Shown: positions 12,373-25,205 of the stretch, piece by piece
Numbering within the stretch: the first letter of the stretch is position 1
Layout: each line of letters begins with the position of its first letter
The notes under the pieces: model-generated
The model's database searches: none
What the model saw: only the letters and a program-made list of their open reading frames with translations
Told to the model about the DNA's origin: nothing
From: Camelus ferus
Lineage: Eukaryota
Direction of reading: 5' to 3'
DNA: 64,000 bases
Assembly (NCBI RefSeq): GCF_009834535.1
Contig: NC_045697.1
Coordinates: 17,796,001-17,860,000, forward strand
Position numbers and translations under genes: made by a program

Positions 12373-15300
12373 TTTACATAGTCTAAACCAAAAAAGTATT
12401 TTTGAAAACATCTTTTTCTCTTGGCAAACATATAGGTTAGCAGGCTGATATCAGCTTCAATTCTAATAGCTAAAAGCTCCAACAATTACACATTTAATCA
12501 TAGCCTTTCTTCACATTCTCTAAAAGTTCAAGTTGACACCATTTGATACAAATAAGACCATATAAACATTTCTATATTTGCCTAATGCCTTAGATTGAAC
12601 TGTAGTATATTAGGTGGAAAATTATAAAGATATATTCATTAGCCTTGAACTCATCATCTTACATGTAGTACATACCTTAACGGCCAAAAAGAGTATGAAT
12701 GTAAAAAGGGAGGCACAAAAGGATGCAGTGGGTAAGTCTTATATCTGTATATCAAGAGTGGCCACAAGAGACAAATAATCCATACAGTGACAGACAAGGA
12801 AAGAACTGTTTACAGGAATTTTCTTTTTTTTTTTTTTTACTGTTAACAGCATATTCCGTTGTTTTTATCAAATTATTCAGAGTATCAAACTTCCGAAATG
12901 ATCAAACTTCTGTGTACACAAACTTCGTTACAGAATAAGGTCAACTCATAAATGCAAAACATAACAAAGCCGTTTAAGGGCTTCACAGAAATTAGCAGAA
13001 CTTAGTGGCAAAAGAAAGCCCAACTCTCATATGCACCAAGTGTGTATGTATTCAAAATGTCTTCCCTGAGTGTATTACCAATGGGACTCAGCAGGGTTTG
13101 TCGTTGTTGTCAATTGTTGGCTTTTTGCTCTATGAGAGAACACAAGAACTTAACTCATGATGAGCTACTAATTCAATATTACAGTAATATCACTGGTTTA
13201 AAAAATTATCTTTGCTTAAGTTTAATTTTACTAACACCTACCCTAGCCATATAGTCTAATGATAAAAGCACATCATGTAGCTTGGGCCTCAGTGATAGTT
13301 CTTATTATGGTGGTTAAAGAAACAGAACCACAATACAGGTACGTGCTAGGGCAAAATATTAGGAAAAATATAATTTATATTTAAAGGTACCATTCTGTGT
13401 ATCAAGTGCCTATTGGCTGAATATAACTGTATTCAATAATTCATATTCTATAACTTTAGTCAACTAACACAAAAAGCTAAATAAAAAGATTTATAGTTGA
13501 ACACAGAGTTCCTAAGGCTAGTATCACAGATCATTCCCTGATAGAGGGGGAATCCATCAGCAGAGATCATAAGAGCCAATCTGAGAACTAGATTTAAAAT
13601 ACCTTACCTTGCTGTGTGTATAAGTAACACGTTGGGTGTAGTGACCTAAAGAACATTTCGTGTTACTCAATTTTCTTTTCTGGGCAAACTACAACAGCCC
13701 AGTGACTTTAAAAATCAAACTCCAAAATTCTACCTTATAGTCTTAAAAAGGGCAATCGGATCACAAAGATAGAAGAGGTCATCTTAGTCACTGATTGTAC
13801 AAGATATCATCCATTGCCCCTCCACCACAGGGAGAGGATAACTACGGTCAATTATGAGGCTTACCAATCATCACTAGCAAGTTAAAATAACTGTATGTAC
13901 ATACTTTTTGATACTTATTTGTGGAAATGAGAGACAGCAAGTCAAAGGACACTGGGGTGGGTGCAAAGGAAAGGTTCTAAATATGCAGAACCTGCAACAT
14001 CCCTTCAAAAATTTTTGTGACCTCTACGACCTCAAGGTCAAATTTAAACCAGCAAGAATAGAGCTGAAATTCGAAAACCTCTGAAATAAATGGCTAATAA
14101 TTTTAAAAAAAACTGCAGCTAATTTTAAGTACCAGGAGTGAAATGCTATAACATATCATTCACATGTGGGTTCATGTAATTTATCTTCAATTAGAATTAT
14201 TATCTATTCAGCAGCTGAAGCCCAAGAACTGCTGATACAGTGCAGATGAGAAAACATTTGCTAGTCTCCCAGTTCTGGCCTTTCTTAAGCTAAATGATGA
14301 TCACATAATATAGATCACTTTTCTGTAAAACAATTCTGGCATATGTTCATGGTAAGCTGCACTGCCAGCATTTATGTCTGCAACATCACTTCACCCCCTT
14401 TCACAGACTCTAGAGGTTCTAAAGTAACCCTTCAGCTTTATTGGTTCTACAAGTCAGTCCCAAATTCACACAAAAAAATTATACAGCCTTTTAATCCACA
14501 ATTAAGCGTCTTGGAAAGAAGTTATCATAGCTATTTAAAAAACTCAGATACTTCAAATAGCTGAACCCCAAAGATGCAATCATTTAAAAGTAGCCTTTAC
14601 AATATTTATAATTAAGTACTTTATCTTAACACAGCCAACTTCCAGGATTGTCAAGCCAGTTTCTAAAATATTCTAACTTACCCATGGGAGCTACAGTATC
14701 TGTCTGAGCTCACGGTATCACAGTTTACAATGTCAAGTCAATAGAGAAAAAGACAATCCAGAAGTCAAGGCAGCATTCTCTACTGTAATGTTTTCAAAAG
14801 TATGTTCAATGAGGTATCAATAAGGATTTAATTTAAAAATCAGGTTCCATCTTTGGATAAGGATACACTTAAACTGGATTAGAAGAAATTCTTAGAGCCT
14901 TTAATATGCCAAAAGGCAGCTTTGCAAAGTCCCCATATTATTTGCCCATGGAACCCTTCATATCCATGAGCATCTCGTAGGAATGAGAGCAGAGAGGTCT
15001 TGAGAAATACAGCTTTGACATTTTGGTGCATTCAGAAGCTTCACGAATTCCTTAGGCTATGAGACATCAGTCTATTTCTTAAAATTAACAACAAAAGTAA
15101 CTGTTACAGCCAATAAGTCTGTAATTCCAGACACAAAAAGTAAGTATAAGGGCAATGCAAGGGGAATACACCTGTTCATTTTACTCCATCATTTTCACTT
15201 CCCCAGCAAAAACATGTTCCAAATCCCCAAGTTAACACTCTTGATGATGGCTGGGCACAACACCTGAACCAACCAACCAATATGCAAAGGCTGCTTAAGG

Positions 15301-15530
15301 CAAAAACAGCAGACTAAAGTTTTCACTTTCCCAAAGGGAAAAATGCACATGTGCTATATGAATAATTTATAATTACACGTTTAGAACTGGTAACCTTGGT
15401 TATCATGTAAGGGTCTATACATTATGTAGTTTGATAACATTTATAGAGCTATCTTCCTTGAATTACTATTGAATAATTGAAGTTGCTATAGAAAACTTCT
15501 CCTTATTTGACGAGTTCATTTACTTTAGAG

Positions 15531-15737
15531 CAGTGTTTCTCAACCTCAGCACTACTAATATTTGGGGCTGGATAAATCTTTGTTTCGGGAAGCTCTCTTG
15601 TCCATTATAGGATGTTGAACAGCACCCCTGGCCTTCACGCACTAGACATCAGTAGCGTTCCACTAGTTGACACCATCAAAAAGATCTCCAGACGTTGCCT
15701 ACATATAAGCAAATCATCCCCAATTGAGGACCATTGC
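15531..15737. mobile_element. MER20-like hAT DNA transposon inside the 3' UTR
   Basis: cagtgtttctcaacctcagcact..ggctggataa..taggatgttgaacagcacccctggcct..gaggaccattg with imperfect terminal inverted repeats. Confidence 0.8.
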
Positions 15738-16268
15738 TATTAAGTGAAACTAAAGCTCACGCCTTGAGTCTGCTTTCCTGGAAAATGTCCATTTTACAGG
15801 CATACTGTGACTGACATTCATCAACAAACATCTAGTAACTAGTAGCATTAGAGATCTTTCTGAATTCTGTGTGGTCAGAAACATAAGTAATTTGTCACTG
15901 ACAGTGAATGGTTAGAAGGAAGCAGCCTACATATCTCAAAAAGAATCAGGGGTAATATGTAATTTTATTGTAATTACATTAGTAAGAATTATCTAAATCA
16001 TACTGCTTAATTGGCAAATATTTAACAATTAGAAAAATGCTAATTGTATATCATAACCTGCTAAGAATGATAATGATTGAAGAAATCTAAGAACAAAAAA
16101 ATGTAACAACTGTCAATGGCTAGCTCAGACCAAACTCTATCCCTTGACCAATTATTCTCCATGAAATTCCCAATTCAAAAATCTCCAGTCTTGTCTTTAA
16201 GCTACTAGCTTATACTGCAGCCTCATCATTTCTCAAAATTTATCCAAAAAGAAATCCTTCATTTGTCA

Positions 16269-16572
16269 TCAAGAAGAATACTGGTATGTGTCAAGAAGTA
16301 CATTATCTAGTTTTAAAGCCATTTCTTCAATATCCACATCTTCAGTTTTGTCATAATTGTCAACCCCAGATATATCACTCTCTTTATTTTGTTCTTTTCT
16401 TACTGTCTTTAAACACTTGTCAAGTCTCTTTATGAACAAATCCACATCCTGTGTCTTCATTCCGATGGCTGATGCAGCATTGAGGTAAGCGCAAGGGTAA
16501 TTATTTGTATGTGACATAAAGCCTTTGAAAGTGTAGCCACTCACAGTTTGCACAGACCCAAGAGGCACAACC
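16269..16572 (-). CDS. SEPSECS: SEPSECS coding exon 11 ([12 protein letters not shown]...LLDTYQYSS*)
   Basis: Acceptor tttcAG|G; 304 nt to TGA 16269-16271; the 11 exons sum to 1515 nt, an open frame of 504 aa. Confidence 0.97.
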
Positions 16573-17935
16573 CTGAAAGGGAAAAGATTTACCAATTTAA
16601 TATGTCTGGTGATGTTAAGAGAATATCACCCATAAACAAAAGAAAGTTGTGTTACTAAGCCTTACATCTACTTATTAAGAAGTTTAAGAACAGCTATATA
16701 TCACAGCCTATGAAAACAGACTGTCAGCCTTAAAATAAAATTATACAATATACTGCTATTTCACATAGGACAAGTACTGCCTGCTCTTACCATTTACTTA
16801 TCTTCTATTACAGAGCCACAAGCTCTAGGAAATTGTAAATACCTTCACATCTTCAAAAAGGTAAAAAGAAAAATATGGAATCTGACTTCACCATTTTAAT
16901 GGAATATTTAAATTTGTAAGTCAAATCACTTGGATTAATTGCCGTGTATTGCCTCAAGTAATCAACAAACTAAAATCACCCCCATCTGATGTTATGGAGA
17001 GTTTTTGAAGCAAGAATCCAGAAGAAATTACGTAACTGCTTACAGTGGGGTGATGGTCAGCAATCAGTAATATTCAGCAATGACACATACATTTTTAAAG
17101 CTTGATTTCATTGGCATATTTGATATAAGCAGATTTCTAACAATACTTTTTTTTTAAGAAGTCGACTAAGATCAACCTAAACATAAAGACAAATAGCGGC
17201 ACACTAAAAAGCAAGGCTAAGAAAACCATTTTAGAGGTCTGAAAACCATGCTTGTGTATAGATAGAGCTCATCAAGTTACAGGCTGAATTAATCTAAGAT
17301 CTTTTTTCTTTTAAAAACTTGTCCTTTGATGTGAAATCTTTAACCTCTGGTAGTCAGAGAGAAATTCTTTAATAGAAGCATGTAAAGAAGAGTACTCAGA
17401 GCAAAATATTTCTTTTCAAGTCATTTTTTTTCCTGACCTCATCAAATACAAAATGAAAAATGAAATTCATCTTAAGCTATATACATACAAGAGCAAAAAG
17501 TACATTTTTCAAAGGCAGTACTTACACAAGAATTGCAGTGTTTTCAGTTTAAGAAATGGACTTTCCCTTAAAAACATTTTTACTTAAACTTAGTAATGAA
17601 GATGACTTATTTCTAACACCATAATGTGACACCACTGAAGATTACTCAACAAAGGAAAATAAAGACAAAAATTTGTACAGAGCGAGTAGTGAGCTTGGTT
17701 TCTGTACGTCTATTAAAACACACAAGATTCATTTCTTTCTGTGACTATTTCGCATGCCACAGGTGGGTGTATAATAATGGCCTTACAGATTCTCTGCCTC
17801 ATCACTGTTTTCCTCCACGATGAATTCTCAGGTGTAGTTCAGCATATACTTAGGGGACTATTGTGAAGGAAAGGTACTTTATTAGAGTTAATTTTGAAAA
17901 GGGAAATAAATCCAATCGTCTTTTAAACATACTTA

Positions 17936-18410
<475 letters not shown>

Positions 18411-18657
18411 GAGACATGGCTTTTTATTTACTGTCAGGTGGCACCATTTCATTTTAATTCACTTAAAAAATTATAGCAAGGATTTGTTTGTATATCAGAT
18501 ACAAAATATATGTTAACATAAACTAACATACTCAGAATTTCCATACCACTCCTCCAAAGAGTGGATTTTCCAATTTAATAAATGGAGCAATACATGATCA
18601 ATATGGTAGCTGATTCAAATTCAACCATGTTTAAGGCACTTCTAAAATGAGAATGTG

Positions 18658-18791
18658 GGGGGAGGGGATAGCTCCAGTGGTAGAGCGCATGCTTAGCATG
18701 CAGGAGGTCCTGGGTTCAATCCCCAGTCCCTCCACTAAAAACAAACAAACAAACAAACTGAATCACTGTCCCCACCCAAAAAAAGAAGAAG
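18658..18791 (+). mobile_element. tRNA-Ala-derived SINE (Vic-1-like), full length with TSD
   Basis: Head with A/B boxes (tagctccagtggtagag..gggttcaatccc), (aaac)n linker, A-rich tail; 13 bp TSD aaatgagaatgtg at 18645-18657 and 18792-18804. Confidence 0.9.
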
Positions 18792-19811
18792 AAATGAGAA
18801 TGTGAGATATGTTTCATCACATACATAAACTTCTGCAAGATCATCTTCTGCATATGGAAATGGAACTTACCTGAGGTTAATGGGTAAGCTATACTCTATT
18901 CATACAACCACTATTAGCTACCATTTCCTGAGGAGTGACTTGCCATACTAGATATTTTACAAATATAATCTTAACCATTTTTTAACAATTTTGTATGTGA
19001 GGAATCATCATTTCTACCTATAGACAGGAAGAAGGAAGTTACAGGCTAGTACATGGTAGAACTGGGTTTTAAATCACACCATATCACCTTCTGTAACATC
19101 TACAGGGATTATAAACCAACAAAGGACTCACTGGGGTGATTTTATTATCTATTAGTGGCCAAATGATTTTTCCATGGAAGCCCATTCCTTAAAAAGGCTT
19201 CTGTTACAAATGATTATTCCTTACTTTCCTCAGATATACATGAAATATGAAGCATATACTATATATATTCACAAATTAAAAGGGGTAATTATGAAGCTTA
19301 AAAGTTAGTTAAATGTATAAAAGTCAACATTCATATTATTCTGTTTAGGTCTCGTGCTACGTGACAAAATGAAATTATCTTAAATATAGATTTCTCTAAC
19401 ATAGATATACTCAAGAAAATAAAGAATAATGGCATTAAAATTGTAAGAATATCTTCTATATCTAATGTTATGATGATTTACTAACTGGTAAACATTTTAC
19501 AATATTTATAAGGAGTTCTTATTAGTGACCAAATTATTTTGGTGAGAAGCAGGAATTAAAGTGTTATTTTCCACATATTCATTATAACACTTAATACAGA
19601 TTTGAATTCTTTCAGTGCATAGGTTTTATCTTAGAAGTACATGAGAGAATTTATAAAAGGTAACTAAATTTTTTAAATTTACAAATTAGTACTGTAATGA
19701 TTTTTCTAACATCATTGTAACAAAAAGAATTCATACTCTTTCTAGAAATACCAGCTTCCCACTGGGGATGGCTCAGAAGTACTAATTTTTCTTTTTAAAG
19801 AAAAAAATTAC

Positions 19812-19905
19812 CTAAAGATATGGGATTGTGAGGTGTATGCAACAGTCTTTCATTGTAGGCCTCTGACAGCTTCTTTAGCCGGTTGGATAAATATGAAAAC
19901 ATTTC
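19812..19905 (-). CDS. SEPSECS: SEPSECS coding exon 9 ([31 protein letters not shown])
   Basis: Translated by hand; acceptor ttcAG|GAA, donor G|GTAATT; 94 nt. Confidence 0.96.
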
Positions 19906-20139
19906 CTGAAACAACAAAATGTTACACTTAAAGAAAATCAAATAAACACTCATTGCAACTTGCCAGATTTAATAAGACAAATCTGATTGGTGTACAGTCT
20001 ATGCTGTAAATTAATTCATCCACATGCGCTAGGAGCAATTCTTTCCTTTGCCACAATATAGTAAGATTTAAAGCTGCCAGAATTATTAGAAACCACAGGA
20101 TTTAAAGGTAAAGAACCAGCACATTTCCTGCTGTGGGCT

Positions 20140-20850
20140 ATCATGTATCTCTCACAAATCCATCCTCTTTTCAGAACCTCCAGGGCTACCACTTTCGTCT
20201 AAGCAGTCATCAACCTTTTCCCTGGACCACGGCAACAGATCCTAAACGACTTCTCTGCCTACTTTCCCACCCCTCTAAATCTTTCTCTAGTTAGAGGCCA
20301 GAGTGGTCTTTCAAAAACATAAATCAGATCATGTCCCTCCTAACAACTTTCTCCTGTAGGTGTTTAAAAACCAAACTCTTCATCTAGAAGGTCCCACGTG
20401 AACTAACCCAGCCAATATACCCAATTCGGCAGATGTCATTCCCTCCACTTACTACATGCCAGCCACATCAGCCTCTTTGCCAGCCCCTGAACATGCCACG
20501 CTCATTCAGGTGTCAGAATCTCTGTGCCTACTTCCCCTGGACTTGGCAAGCACTTCTCCCAGAGTAGTCCCTTCTGTCACAGTCTAAGGAGACCTTTCCT
20601 TATTACCTCCCTATTAAAGTAGCTCTCCGATACTGCCTACTGCCAACTCCCGATCTCCCTCCATACCTATTTTGGTTCCTTCACTATACTTAACACAGTC
20701 TGAAACTATCTCTTTTACTTGCTTAAACAAATATTGCCTATGATTACCTACTAGAATGGAAAAACTCCTTGAAAGTAGGAACTTTTTGTCATCTTCATCA
20801 CTGCTTTCCCAATTCCAAGAAAAATGTGCCAAGCTTTTAGTATGTGACTC
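20140..20850 (+). mobile_element. L2 fragment
   Basis: ccagagtggtctttcaaaaacataaatcagatcatgtc and tagaatg..aactccttgaaag L2 motifs. Confidence 0.65.
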
Positions 20851-23800
20851 AGGAAGAGGTAGTTTAAAAATGAATTTCCTTTCAATATTTTAAACTTTAA
20901 CAATTCCCTTAACTCAATTAAAAGAATATAGCAACTAAAAACTAAAAATTGTATTCATGATCTTACTCTGAGAAGTAGCGTATATTTAATAATAAAACAG
21001 AAAAAAATCTATTTTACAAGTATAAAATTTCACGTGCACATGCACATGTATGTGAGAGTTTAATGAAGCTACAAATAATAAGTTGGCAACTGCTTGGCCT
21101 AAAATCATATTTTCTTCTCCTAGTAAGCACTTTAAAAAGTGCTGAAATGAAAATCTGCCCTAGTAAGTCTGCAGCTGAACAAGCCCATCTGCACTGACCT
21201 CCTCCAGCCAGTCAAAGCATATAAACTCTAATGATGCACCAAACAGCCAAGGGCCAGCAGAGTACCCAAGTGGAGACAGGAGGAAATGATACTTCTTCAA
21301 CTTCAAAGGCCACATAAGCAGCTTCAGTTTTCTCTAAGGTAAGGATTGGATAGTCTGATCTCACACTAGGACCCAGAGTAGCTTTTTCATGGCTGAAGCA
21401 CAGAGTAGATGACTAACTCCATCTTTTGTTAGGTAAAGATTAAAAGAAGAGGAAAATTCCTACCAGGCCTATGAATTATTAATGAGTCTCCTTAAGACCA
21501 CAAACATCTTTATCCTTGTCAACACAGTATATTTTACACTCTGACGCAAAAATCCTTTAAACTAATAGTCATTCTTAAATTTTTAGGATATTTTAAGGTC
21601 AATTCTCAGTGTGCCAGAATTATGAAATCTTAGATTACTAAAATATACTGATTCTTTTTCTATTCAAAAAGTTAACACCCACATTTGTCATACCTAATGA
21701 AGCTATAAGCAAATGTATTGTTGTATGTAGTAAGTCTTTCTCTTTTAACATTAAAAAAAAGTATAGAAATATTTAAGGAGGCAAATGCTATCACCATTTA
21801 CAGAAGCATCTTTTCTTAGACATATGAAGATTTCCTGGCCCTCCCTTCTTAAACTAATATTCTGATGTTAACACCTCAGAAGATGAAACAGTAAGGTAGG
21901 CAAATGAAATTTAAAAAATCAAAAGTTCTTCCTGCAACTGGAACAATTCATAATCTTTTAGTACCACACCATTATAAATGAAGAATAGAATTGCTGGGTT
22001 TTGTTTATATATATTCATCTACTATAAAGTTAACCAGGTCATTTAAATGCTCTGTGTTGTTTAAAAAAGAAAAAAAGTCAGATATTTTAATTAAGATATT
22101 AACTGCTGATTCTTCCTTATTATATTATATACCAAAGTCTTAATCTGCATCTGTCTGTCCAATTCTCTCTTATTCTCAAATTCATGAACCGTTCATAAGC
22201 AGAAACAAATCTGATAGCCAGGAAGTGCCTTTTACAGACTCCCACGTTTCTTACCCTAACAGTAACAACAAAAAACTTATTTCAATCGTGAGAGCCATTT
22301 AAAATATTATTTTATCTAGTATGGCTGCCACAATAATCACCAATGCAGTCACACTTATAGAGTGAGAGGAACTCGATGAGTAGTTAATTTGTCCTTAATT
22401 TGTACTTAGCTATTTCCAAAAAGAAAAAAAGGAAATGTTTCCTTAGTAACACCCCTAGTGGGTACTTTTAAATTTACTGATGCATACATGGCTATTAAAA
22501 AAGATTTTCCCAACGTTCAATTTCTAATACTTTAATAAATTAGTTCTAACCAGTTCCATCACTTGCTAATGCCCCTACAATTGTAGCTAACTAACATTAG
22601 GATAAAAATCCTTAGACTGTAAACATTAATGTTAAAATAACGAAATCACGTATCATTAGTATGAGTAATTAAACAAAAAGAATATATATGAGTCTAGTTC
22701 ACATCCATCTGCAAATATTTTTAGTATCTCTACTCTGTAAAAGGGTTATGATAGGTAATCCAATAAGCAAATAAGCTTAAAATATCTTACAGTGCAATGT
22801 ACTGAATCCTACAGTATTTCACATATTAAGTTCCTGAATGCTCTCACATTTAGTATCACTACATTTTATAAATATCATTTAAGAGACTGTATCACTATTT
22901 CCTACACTTACTTAGCTAAGCAGTTTTTTATCTGATATATTAAAGGTACTTCAGAACCTGCACTATTTTTTTGCTACAGTTAAATCCATAACTGACATTT
23001 ATTATAAAATACTTCTGTAAAGGGAGAAATTTATAAGTACCCCAAGCAAATGTATATAGAAAGATCTTACTAAAAAGAAATGAAATATTATTGATTTTCT
23101 ATGTCTTTTGTGCTGTATTTAACTTAATTTTAAAAGACTCTTCACTGGAGATAAACTGAACTGCATACCTGAATGCTAATGTCAGCTATATTTCTAGAAT
23201 AAAAATACAAAACTTTACACCATAGTTCAAGATGGTAATGGAAGAGAAGCTGAATTATATTAAGTGTTATCTTTCTTTCGTACAGCCTTTCGCAAATTGA
23301 CTTGCAGACATGAAGCCGAACATCTAGCTTATCCCTTCCCATAACCCAAAGATGTGCATAATTCACTAAATTTTATAGAAAAAGGTCTCATGTAATCATG
23401 TCCTTTGACACACAGTTTCATGTTAGAGGACAAGATAAAAGAGAACTTCACATATTATTACAATATGTCTCATAAGGTGGGTAATGAATCAAAAAGGAAA
23501 TATAACAAGTGGTCTTGTATTTCAACGATGACATGTAAGAATGACCAGACAACGGACTGCAGGCACGCACCCACACACACACACGTCCGTATCTGAAGAT
23601 ATAACAGTGCTAAACATGATACGTTGCTGTCTATGACTGTGGCCAGCCCAGAGGGCCCAGGCACGTTCCTTGCATCACAGGCAAAGTGCTGCTTTCAAAC
23701 TCTTCTATTGAGGTTCCACATCCAAGGCTGAAATCTGACGCTGTTATTGAGATTCAACCACTCTACTTTTAGGGCTGCAAATCTACTGTTTCCAAATTTA

Positions 23801-25009
23801 GCTTTGTTAAAGGACATTGTTTGAAGTTATACGTCTGATGTTCAGCTAACAAATTCCAGCCTCGGAGCAGCCATTCTGCTGTCATTCCTCTTCTGCACTT
23901 GTCCAATTCAGGAGATATTCGCAGCAGTGAATGATTATCTTCCTGTCCTGTTTAGCAAAGCACTCTGCTAAAAGGAAAGCTAAGCAGAATTATAATGGTC
24001 TTCTCCGGAACTAAACCTGAAGAAAGGATGACCGTCTAAGACTGATCTTTCTTTTTGCCTAGAGCAACTCAAACAGTTTCTTAAATTTTAACCCTTTTCT
24101 TAAGGCTTCTTCAGTTAAAATGCATGGTCACTTCTGTCCTCAATGAAGGAGATGTGTTGATCAGGAAGGGGCAAAGGGCAAAGAGGTTCAATTCATACAG
24201 AGAGTTCCACTCTCTTTGATCCTTTCACCCTTCAGAAAAGAAGGCTTGAGAAGGAATGGCTTCAAGCTGAGTTCTTGTCTGCCTCTACTATGAAAAAGAT
24301 AAAGCCTTTTCGGAAGAGATACAGCTAGATGAAATAACCTCTAAAAATATCATTGTAGTGAATAAGGGCACAGAATAAAAAAAAAATCCTAAGTTTTCTT
24401 TTAACACTCCTTTTTTTAGTACGCAATAACACCAATAATATAAAAAGGAGCTCTCGGAGATGGTATATAAATAGCTCTGGCTGGAGCAAAATAGCTTTGC
24501 CTCAGCTTCTCCAGAGCTGAACCAATAAACTATCACGATTCAATTTTCACAGTTCAAAAGCAAGTCCATTTAAACAAAAGAGGCCCTTACTTCTGCCACA
24601 AATCTAATAAAAAAACAATATTTATGCTACATATGTACAATTACGGTTTATGGAGGACATCCACATTTTCAACAAAAAGACTTGCCTGTTGAATGAAGTT
24701 GCTAAAAAGCAAACTTTTATTCTCTTACAATGGTAAGAGTTCTCAAATGAGCATTTTTATACTTTGAAGATTACTACTAGATAGTTTCTGTTCTAAATAG
24801 ATTCTACACAAAGAATTTAAAATAAAACTGATGAATACATTAGAGGCTTTGGAGTTTTACATGCCTCCACTATAAGAAGAGGGGTCACAAGATTATCATT
24901 TTTATGGCTCAATTGCCCAGCACAGAGTAGGTAAACACTGCCTCAATCCTGGCTGAGTGACTGGAAGCAGTGGGACAAGTGGTGGGACAGAAAAGAGCAG
25001 AGGCTTTAG

Positions 25010-25205
25010 CATCACACAGACTAGGGATTCAATGAAGTTGTGGCACTTACATGTGGCCCTGGGTAAGTACTTAACTTCTAGCCTCAATTTTATAAATGGG
25101 GATAATACCTACCTCATAAACTTGCTCTGAGTAGTACATGAAATAATGAATATAATGAACCTAGCAGAGTTCTTGGCATACAGCAGACATTCGTAAAAAT
25201 ATTAG
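25010..25205 (+). mobile_element. MIR
   Basis: gcctcaattt..taaatggggataatacctacctcat..ttggcatacag MIR core. Confidence 0.7.

Larger units (their letters stand above)
12300..16268 (-). other. SEPSECS: Probable SEPSECS long 3' UTR (about 4 kb)
   Basis: AT-rich sequence from the stop codon to a cluster of AATAAA signals near 12324-12372; the end point is inferred. Confidence 0.6.

Noticed and set aside
14923..14961. Hairpin beginning ATGAA in the 3' UTR (minus strand) as a SECIS candidate
   Set aside because: The 3' side of the quartet reads TGCA rather than NGAN, AAA spacing is 14 nt, and it appears to lie in a DNA-transposon remnant
16175..16230. ATGA-N11-AA motif just after the stop codon as a SECIS candidate
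   Set aside because: The helix cannot be registered with a GA quartet, and it is only about 40 nt from the stop
18658..18735. Possible tRNA-Ala gene (also at 28945-29020 and 39090-39159)
   Set aside because: A-rich tails, TSDs and divergent stems identify these as SINE heads, not tRNA genes
23700..24060. Possible cryptic exon or conserved block in the 12.4 kb intron 8 (acceptor-like tttccttttAG near 23968, minus strand)
   Set aside because: No convincing paired donor or homology visible by eye; needs conservation or RNA-seq data
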